In this document: in pieces, positions 25,001-29,970 of the stretch | How the letters are laid out: every line of letters starts with the position of its first letter | Numbering within the stretch: the first letter of the stretch is position 1 | Source: a virus | Taxonomy: Duplodnaviria > Caudoviricetes | DNA length: 29,970 nucleotides | Virus record (IMG/VR): IMGVR_UViG_3300002307_000168 | Coordinates: 1 to 29,970 of that record | Strand: one strand, 5' to 3' | Notes under the pieces: model-generated | Databases searched by the model: none | Seen by the model: the letters and a program-made list of their open reading frames with translations, nothing else | What the model was told of the DNA's origin: nothing | Made by a program: the position numbers and the translations under genes

Positions 25001-28000
25001 TGGGCAATCATTGCTGAGACTAGGGCACAGAATGCTTGGCAGAACTTTAGGCCTGAAGTTGAGGGCATGTCGCTTATGGATCGGCCATACGCCGCTCAGA
25101 AAGCCGCTTTGCCACCCATCGACTTCGTCTTAACCGGCGATGAGAAGCTTGACGCACCTGTGCGTGTGCTGATGGATGAATTAACGCCTGCTCAGCGTCT
25201 TGGTAGTCTTAAGGAGTCTGATGCAAAAGACTTCAAAGGTACGTCAGTCAAGCCCCCAAAACCACCCAAGACCGCAGAGAAAGAAAACGTTGAATCGCCT
25301 GCTGGTGCGTCTCTCGCAATTCGCCCTCCTAGTGGCCCTGTAAACGAGCCGTTGATCACTAAGGTTGGCACACAGGCAACGACTAAGCAGCAGGTCACCA
25401 CAGCCTATGAAGAGACCGTCAAAGCTTACAAGAGCAGCGACCTTCGTCAGAAAGCTCGTATTGCCTTAGTTGACCCAAGTTCAGCCCTTGCACAAAGCTT
25501 AGCCGCCTTGCCGCACTTTGACATGAACGGCACTCTTCGGGGTGACATGGTTTATCACGCCGGTAAGCAGGGCATCAATCTGATTAAAAACGGAATGGTC
25601 ACCGGTGATGTTGTCGTAAACAAAGACGGCTCTCTTGTGGTTAAAGACAGCAAGGACAACCTAGCTGCTGCCGCCAAGCTTGCCGACTCTATTGACAACA
25701 ACCCTTACGTTCGTGCCACGACAGACAAAGGCCGTTCGGTCTCAGGCCGTCAGTATGTGGGTGAGGTCGCCCGCATCCTTCGTGGTGCTGACATCATCGC
25801 TGATGACGCACAGACTAGAGCAGATGGTCTAGCCAAGATTGCAGCCTCTAAAGCCATGTACAAGCGTGTCAAGGGTATGCCTTTGACCAAACAGCGTGTT
25901 GCTTTAGTTCGTCAGATGGCCAAGCTGCGCTCAGAGGGTTTGAAAGAAAGCAAAGTCAATCGTGAGAAACAGGTCAACAAAGCGCAGATTGCTTGGGCTG
26001 AACATCAACTCAAGAGCGTTCCTGAGGTTAAAGAAATCCTTCGCATTTGGAAGGCCGTTAACACCGGTTTAGTTGATCTCCATGAATCAGTCGGCATTCT
26101 GTCAAAAGAACGTGCTGATGAGTTCCGTGGGCGTGACCGTTACGTCCCGCTGTTTAAAGCCCGTGAGGACTTGGAAGACACCGTATTCAACTTCTCAGGG
26201 ACTGGTGCAAAGAGTGTTGCAAAAGGGCACAAGCTTGAAGGTTCTGAAGCCATTCGCAATATTTGGGAAAACGTTGACAAGCAATATGCCTCAATGGTTG
26301 CCACAGCATACGAGAACCAAACCCGCAAGGTTGCTGCTGAGCAGCTAATCAGCCTTAGCCCTCCCACAGGGTCTAAGTTCGCTGAGATCACCAAGAACCC
26401 CAAGGACTCGAGAATCAACCTTCGGTACTTGGAAGACGGCAAGATCGTCAACGTCATCGTTGAGAACCCCAATGATGTAGCGGCGTTCCAAATGATGAAC
26501 TACGAACTTGGCCCGATTATGAAGGCCGTGTCAGGGCTTAGCAAAACACTGCGTGTCGGTGCGTTGTTGAACCCAATGTTCTGGCTTAAACAGTTGATTC
26601 GTGATCCTATCCACGCAACCATTGTTGCAGGCACAGGAGTCATTACGCCTTTCCATTCTGCTCGGGGCTTTATCAAAATCCTCTCTAAGAATTCCAAAGA
26701 GGCTGACATCCTTGCCCGTCACGGCGTGATCGGTGCTTACGACTCCACTCTGTCAATGGCACAGTATCTCAAAGACGTTGGCAAAGAAGGCTCAACACCT
26801 AGCGGAATGCAGAGGCTTTTCCATAAACTCATGACAATTCATGAGGCCTCTGATGCGGCAACTCGGGTTGAAATCTTCAAGAAGGCCAAGGCTGACGGCA
26901 TCAAGAAAGGGATGACCGAAGAAGATGCCATCAATTACGGTGTGTTTAAAGCTCGTGAGGCCATCAACTTTGCTGTTCATGGAAACTCTTCGACCATCAA
27001 CCAGCTTCGCCATGCAATCCCATTCTTCTCGGCTGCGCTGACTTCGCTCGATACGGTTTACCGTGCGGCGACTGGGTTTGGGTTATCTGGCAAAGAGAAG
27101 GCTGAAGCTAAAGCTCAGTTTAAACGTCGAGCAATGATGATGTTCCTCATGTCGCTTGCGTACGCATTTATGCTTCAGGGGGACGAAGAGTACGAGAAGC
27201 TTCCCGACTACGTCAAAGACAATAACTGGTTGATGCCAAACCCAGTGGGCAAAGGATTTATTAAATTTGCCACGCCATTCGAGGTTGGTTTTTTGTTCAA
27301 GACCATCCCCGAAGTGATGGTTCGCACAATGGCCGGAACAAGCACCGGAAAAGAGGCCATAGCCTCGATTCAGAAAGGTTTGATACAGAACCTCCCCGGG
27401 GGCGGTGTGATCTTCTCACAGGCCATTAAGCCTGCCGTAGAGGTCATTACCAACCATTCTTTCTTTACTGGGAATCCTGTCGAGAGTATTGGCGATCAAG
27501 GTAAGTCTGTGGCCAACCGTGGGCAGAGAGCCTCTGAGACGGCCAAGATGTTGAGTAGGTTTGGTTTGGATAATATCGGCCTGTCACCCGCTAAGATTGA
27601 CCATCTGATTCAGGGTTACTTTGCGGAACTTGGGACGTTCACAACAAGTGCCGTTGATACCCTTATCTATTCCGCTGAGGGTAAGACACCGCCGGCCAAG
27701 AATTTTGAGTCTATGCAGGCCCTAAAGCCTTTCCTGACGGATCGTAACGTCAACAAGGCTGTCTCAGACTTCTACGAGATTGAGAAGTCAGCCCGTGAGG
27801 TTGTGGCAGACCTGAACGACATGAAGAAGAAGGGCATGATCAAAGACATCAGAGAGCTAGTCGGCGATGAAGAGAAGCGCAAGCAGATTGCCATCGAGCC
27901 TATGCTCAGAAAGACGATGGAAGGCATGGCTAAGATTCGTGCCCAAATTGGTTACCTCAGAGAGAACGAGGCAGGCATGACCCCTGAGGCTCGGCGAGAC

Positions 28001-28081
28001 AGAATCAACGAACTGACTCAGTACATGAATCAGTACGCTGCTCAGGGGGTTAAAGCGGCCAAGTCTATGGGGTTACGGTAA
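19013..28081 (+). CDS. Giant (3022 aa) polyvalent virion protein with C-terminal LPD38-like domain
   Basis: Uninterrupted ORF, RBS AAGGAA; HEVIH..EE..AE; WY..SPQ..K..VTIDTH..Q..W; HDYYAH; C-terminal 'PFEVGFLF..IPE...N.SFFTG.P...SPAKIDHLIQGY'. Confidence 0.85.
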   Translation: MSIEAQLFDGTVLEFPDGTERSVIESTVQRLTAERRPKDDSSDLVRGFKAYPSGLQETFGGAQALLGVGAEKTFGKSGVSDYLIERGTKNLKEAEAEQQRTAKPTDEFTNAWEAGIGTVITDWLPYQIGSGAANLLETAAVAATGAVVGSIAVPGAGTLGGGLTGFVSKKLIQNGIKEAAEKVLKERGKDAAEAFIQAESKKVVSAEVAALAEAGAKKAIGSGAAMVGQAGFHGMGEVTSGAVQEAERQGLTARDIDLGRVLPAVAIHSAADFISNKIGLGALDGLAAPTKSMLLNVAKSIGVTGFKEVPPELLQTAMELYGAGLPLDDQEAINKYINTAAAAFGMSVVPGGIGGMRSRVVEKAAAPDQTGLDQTNALGQTPDQLGQQTAIPLDNFAPANPADAFHPAIAGQSLLALPAPATLVEPEPMQTSLQNPLGSFTYDNFTPVQIKALNDLRKAEGKPKLPQTFSIEDIADLSPAKGVLDSLITAKSGYNGEQVTFQQLIDIAQLKNIDITTQGFRDFLRRATGTEKLEDLSPPQLFAATKALDSVQPFEEMTILPADVSNATHYTPDQYNKAIGGIDLAFKEIEGKPLGRQAMLTEIKDFTGLKDRDAERILQQAIREGHIEQRDEVRNVNGEQKVVPSFMPAQNVEQLPGGMDIRKQKFKQADGSTKEQFVYYDNDEPVAKFDDQYQAERYGITQQPDNVLDRIVKSYKDQRGLRAQRYGALAEREIESRKNPEINRAVTTKQGEEGATERLGELGITYVEFKPEVKEALPEIMNILAPALNKLGLSRIGIKLADTIDNGGTDGFYFKGIITIALDQDNPLGIMRHEVIHALKALGVFTPSELKTLEKFAKKSLAEGQFFDQKMQDLYKEKYLQTHPDLNGFDEYMQEEVMAEAFRYFTGNKPPAGFFQNMMYRLNAMFRAIGNAFRSVKLTTPEQIFADIESGEIGSRTGTAEVGQPRYSINDKKETAPEGIPQNLFDLQRKYAKITAMANERIPSKLNSKGVAPRTQDLKREETMSFRRLNKAVEDYVGVENDGDTANAAYKMLVRLAEASNKFNEDNDIRYSLVRPAVAGETEISTQNPQGAKRKYDPITQMLSIDEAAVREGMKLNPKNKKAIISAIKGYGFIPNDTPDSQVIEVFKQNIVNNLLYLYNSVPEDTRQRSKLWYDGANRMAIDMGKAFGVTKEQVAGIMAAMSPQKDWFQNVSMAERALDVLTTQGNKAWDANMLKYAESYVNEAKDRAELEKRQIAFEQIKKVAKKGTVLDKMNANDAAAFIRAYDEAFNSRDYRIVTPEGGFGGFVTKANGEPATMMWSTYDPIKKSVLIYRDGSRPNISNQLGEEHKIRSFYNNIAAPKSDIGHVTIDTHAVAAALFEALAGSDEPVTHNFGGTGKSSLIGVGGTYGIIADAYRTAAAQVGMLPREMQSITWEAVRGLFNADIKNTIKPKIRDEWSKYKKGELSFEQARENAVKIATSAQGVTDNKIPEPDWKDSGKGKFVSAGGTSYDKSFKPEGGVRLRPKESIREKLSVNLAAVTESIPGLKELYERAKGKDLNAYKLLQRVAEARLRFLLGGTKAKITVDDIKGVFLGDREPSIASIIAFDESEMKPVLAALAQFAESFNQIQVHVRQPTAYEFGHKYGDGSYATAVYRIELKKSLNEATIAQIIEESGLKGFSVSKDTLTAYWVDNNVKGSEDEFAKQIKQVNDLVGKLDSKPKQSIERLFVYGTKDSGAPIGYDKISGDLRTAEGSDTKTAKLIADYLEDGDIKPFKQKPLTQGQTKDQKLLYQIFTKLPNNDLKNPLVRKAYNHLTKDLIKQYKTLPIKAEVVTDVTLDGKTYSYFGKESKKLKDALSRGMTEAEADQAIKYLVDNYGEPNPAWTGMLGKIKRDESTLYGNIADNMRRDVSENNRLKVYKTSPETFGPKGSNFAGHPLLKDSGLKDINGYPMLFNDLLRVVHDYYAHNLSNATFGPSGEFAAQRNHMAVTPDPWSRWAIIAETRAQNAWQNFRPEVEGMSLMDRPYAAQKAALPPIDFVLTGDEKLDAPVRVLMDELTPAQRLGSLKESDAKDFKGTSVKPPKPPKTAEKENVESPAGASLAIRPPSGPVNEPLITKVGTQATTKQQVTTAYEETVKAYKSSDLRQKARIALVDPSSALAQSLAALPHFDMNGTLRGDMVYHAGKQGINLIKNGMVTGDVVVNKDGSLVVKDSKDNLAAAAKLADSIDNNPYVRATTDKGRSVSGRQYVGEVARILRGADIIADDAQTRADGLAKIAASKAMYKRVKGMPLTKQRVALVRQMAKLRSEGLKESKVNREKQVNKAQIAWAEHQLKSVPEVKEILRIWKAVNTGLVDLHESVGILSKERADEFRGRDRYVPLFKAREDLEDTVFNFSGTGAKSVAKGHKLEGSEAIRNIWENVDKQYASMVATAYENQTRKVAAEQLISLSPPTGSKFAEITKNPKDSRINLRYLEDGKIVNVIVENPNDVAAFQMMNYELGPIMKAVSGLSKTLRVGALLNPMFWLKQLIRDPIHATIVAGTGVITPFHSARGFIKILSKNSKEADILARHGVIGAYDSTLSMAQYLKDVGKEGSTPSGMQRLFHKLMTIHEASDAATRVEIFKKAKADGIKKGMTEEDAINYGVFKAREAINFAVHGNSSTINQLRHAIPFFSAALTSLDTVYRAATGFGLSGKEKAEAKAQFKRRAMMMFLMSLAYAFMLQGDEEYEKLPDYVKDNNWLMPNPVGKGFIKFATPFEVGFLFKTIPEVMVRTMAGTSTGKEAIASIQKGLIQNLPGGGVIFSQAIKPAVEVITNHSFFTGNPVESIGDQGKSVANRGQRASETAKMLSRFGLDNIGLSPAKIDHLIQGYFAELGTFTTSAVDTLIYSAEGKTPPAKNFESMQALKPFLTDRNVNKAVSDFYEIEKSAREVVADLNDMKKKGMIKDIRELVGDEEKRKQIAIEPMLRKTMEGMAKIRAQIGYLRENEAGMTPEARRDRINELTQYMNQYAAQGVKAAKSMGLR

Positions 28082-28355
28082 GATGGTTTTCATCGAAGAG
28101 CCAACCAATGGTTTTTCGATGCGCCGCTTCCCACATCTCGGTGCGTTGGTCTCGGCTTAAGTTTTTTCCTTGGTCTAACTCAAAGTGACACCGAAAGCAA
28201 AGTGCTGCAATTCGGTAGTCACTACTCTTTATTCCTCGGCCTTTGCCATCCAACAGGCGGTTTGAATGCGCTGCAACCACCGTGCCGTCTTCTGCACCGC
28301 AGTGTTGGCATGGTGACTGCCTGACAACCTCTAGGAGCTTCTTGTTCCTATACAT
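28065..28355 (-). CDS. Zinc-binding HNH-like nuclease (DUF1364/DUF968-like)
   Basis: Start placed at ATG 28355 (MYRNKKLL); CQHC...AAHSN...GKG.GIK..D..IAALCFRCH. Confidence 0.75.
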   Translation of the reverse strand: MYRNKKLLEVVRQSPCQHCGAEDGTVVAAHSNRLLDGKGRGIKSSDYRIAALCFRCHFELDQGKNLSRDQRTEMWEAAHRKTIGWLFDENHLTVTP

Positions 28356-28650
28356 TGAACAACCATGCCGCAGCAACGTCAGGGCGTGGAACAAAAGCAT
28401 TTTTATTCTTAATGCTTGACTCTAACTTATCATCGCCGTCACCCCAAGCCCACACTCGGGACACTTGACCAGTCTTGTTAACCTCAAAGTCGGCTATGTG
28501 GATTTTGCTTTGTTGATGCAAGACCTTGAGCGTGGAAAGAACTGATTTTATTGGCCTGCCGGTCATCGTAACCAACGCACTCGCAGTAGCCCTCTCAACT
28601 GTCTGTAAAACCTTTGCCACCGTTGATCCTTTAACGGTTGTGAACTTCAT
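28348..28650 (-). CDS. Hypothetical protein, possibly winged-helix DNA-binding
   Basis: 'TASALVTMTGRPIKSVLSTLKVLHQQSKIHI...VWAWG'; start could be 28650 or 28662. Confidence 0.55.
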   Translation of the reverse strand: MKFTTVKGSTVAKVLQTVERATASALVTMTGRPIKSVLSTLKVLHQQSKIHIADFEVNKTGQVSRVWAWGDGDDKLESSIKNKNAFVPRPDVAAAWLFNV

Positions 28651-28654
28651 TACG

Positions 28655-28870
28655 TCACGCATCTATTGCCTTCCCCTCCAAGTATTCAATTACACCCTGA
28701 AGTTTTATGCAACGGGCGTATGCCAATTCTAATTCACGACCGTTTTTTGACCGTGCGTTCAATTCGTCCATCCATTGTTTGCGTAAATCCGCATTTTCTT
28801 CTTCCAATCTAGCTATCTCATTTTTTGCAAAACGCAATTGCATCGCTGCTGAAGGTTTTTTAATTGCCAT
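28655..28870 (-). CDS. Hypothetical coiled-coil protein
   Basis: ATG 28870 preceded by AAGGA. Confidence 0.65.
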   Translation of the reverse strand: MAIKKPSAAMQLRFAKNEIARLEEENADLRKQWMDELNARSKNGRELELAYARCIKLQGVIEYLEGKAIDA

Positions 28871-29069
28871 CTCGTTTCCTTTGCTCGTCGTAAACACCCG
28901 CTAGATAGCCTGTTTCGTAAGCCTTGCGTAGCGTCATGATGCCAAGCTCAAGAACGGTGTTGTCTTCTATAAACTGCATCGCCCTGATCTGCGCCTCAGA
29001 CCGCAGGTTGCGCTCTTTGATGATCTGCTCTTTAAGCTCAAGCAGTTTAAACTCTTCGTCTTCAGTCAT
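28860..29069 (-). CDS. Hypothetical protein
   Basis: ATGA coupling with the upstream gene; MTEDEEFKLLE start. Confidence 0.7.
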   Translation of the reverse strand: MTEDEEFKLLELKEQIIKERNLRSEAQIRAMQFIEDNTVLELGIMTLRKAYETGYLAGVYDEQRKRDGN

Positions 29070-29278
29070 GCTTTTCCCCGTGTTTTTCTGCGCCTTGCAT
29101 TTTTCAATGTGTGTAATATTTCTTCGCTCATGTTTGACTGCAAAAAAGACAATACATTGTTAAGTATTTCTAAACGATCAACATGATCTAGTTTTTCATA
29201 TGCGTCAGTTAACTTAAATTCGGTGCTTTTTGTTTTTAATTCGTGTTTAATTGTTATCATCTCTACAAAGTCAGTCAT
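29066..29278 (-). CDS. Hypothetical protein
   Basis: RBS AAGGAG; fits operon packing. Confidence 0.7.
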   Translation of the reverse strand: MTDFVEMITIKHELKTKSTEFKLTDAYEKLDHVDRLEILNNVLSFLQSNMSEEILHTLKNARRRKTRGKA

Positions 29279-29438
29279 CGCTCTTCTCCTTGGTCAATGG
29301 GGCTTGAAATATGTACTCACTAAACCCGTTCAAAATATCTACCTTTGCCTGTTCCCGCCTTTCCTCGGGAATGTCTTTGACTGCGTCTTCAAGAATCTTT
29401 AAAACGCCCTGTGCCATTTCTTTAGGTGTTATTGCCAT
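29271..29438 (-). CDS. 55-aa hypothetical protein (absent from the ORF track)
   Basis: Manual translation MAITPKEMAQGVLKILEDAVKDIPEERREQAKVDILNGFSEYIFQAPLTKEKSDD*; RBS AAGGA; fills the gap with overlaps on both sides. Confidence 0.75.
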   Translation of the reverse strand: MAITPKEMAQGVLKILEDAVKDIPEERREQAKVDILNGFSEYIFQAPLTKEKSDD

Positions 29439-29635
29439 TGTTTTTCCTTTTTAGTTTTCGCTCTCACCCTGTCAAATATTTCGCCGTAATAATCTTCAGC
29501 TATGGTGTAGTTCCATATCTGACTCCACATTGAATCTTCCCTGCCTAGCCCGTGAAAGACCTTAGCCCAGTGCAGATGGTTAGCCCGACAGTCCTCGATG
29601 TACTCTTCTCGGCTCATGTAAGCGTCAGGAAACAC
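29429..29635 (-). CDS. Hypothetical protein
   Basis: GTG 29635 after AAGGAG preferred over the 29740 start in the ORF track. Confidence 0.65.
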   Translation of the reverse strand: MFPDAYMSREEYIEDCRANHLHWAKVFHGLGREDSMWSQIWNYTIAEDYYGEIFDRVRAKTKKEKQWQ

Positions 29636-29969
29636 CGTTCTTCTCCTTGAGTTTGGCTTCGATGGCACGGGAAAATGCTTTTTGTTTTGTCCAAGTAGTG
29701 TTGCCGTGGCTTTGCCCATCTGCCCACGCAACGTCATCATCCGTCAGCCCAACCCATTTACGTTTCATCGGTAGTGCTGTGCAAGCTAATACATCATGCA
29801 CCTGTCTAAGCATGGCGCATAGATGGTCGTTTGTGCTGATTGATTCTTGCTCAGGCTGTGGCTCAAACGAGTGCTTAATTTTAGATGCCTCACCTTTACC
29901 TGTGTATGGTGCAAACTCAAACGCACCTTTAGGCAATCCAAAAGATGCGCTAACAACCTTGCCCTCACC
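29625..29969 (-). CDS. 5'-truncated hypothetical phage protein
   Basis: Frame open to the window edge; ends in the recurrent phage motif WVGLTDDD...RAIEAKLKEKN. Confidence 0.7.
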   Translation of the reverse strand, partial: GEGKVVSASFGLPKGAFEFAPYTGKGEASKIKHSFEPQPEQESISTNDHLCAMLRQVHDVLACTALPMKRKWVGLTDDDVAWADGQSHGNTTWTKQKAFSRAIEAKLKEKNGVS

Positions 29970-29970
29970 T

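Larger units (their letters stand above)
1..29970. mobile_element. Tailed phage genome segment (podovirus-like structural/lysis module plus convergent small-gene module)
   Basis: Dense co-oriented genes with 0-25 nt gaps and GGAG/AGGA RBSs; holin plus GH108 endolysin, tail hub, fibre genes, HNH nucleases and a giant virion protein; no cellular housekeeping genes. Confidence 0.96.

Noticed and set aside
19013-28081. Virion RNA polymerase (N4-like) or tape-measure identity for the giant ORF
   Set aside because: I found no convincing T7/N4-type or DxDGD polymerase motif set and no tape-measure repeat pattern; no tail tube or sheath genes are present; the motifs fit a polyvalent protein

Overview
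The whole window is the late (structural and lysis) region of a tailed dsDNA phage with podovirus-like organisation, probably an uncultured phage of a Gram-negative host (host is inference only). The + strand (1-28081) is one densely packed block with the following order: head-tail adaptor and small virion genes; a modular fibre/adhesin cluster with three glycine-rich adhesins, two short 'anchor-only' paralogs and two free-standing HNH endonucleases; a lysis cassette (3TM holin, a T4-gpT-like membrane protein, GH108 endolysin); a P22 gp10-like tail hub; cupin and GNAT-like genes; three putative ejection proteins, one carrying an M23 peptidase; and a 3022-aa polyvalent protein (HExxH metallopeptidase, HhH-GPD glycosylase-like, SAM-lyase-like, HDxxxH and LPD38-like segments). 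From 28065 to the end, small minus-strand genes converge on this block. No rRNA, tRNA, CRISPR array, integrase or reverse transcriptase was recognised. All family assignments come from motif recognition and memory; no database searches were run.
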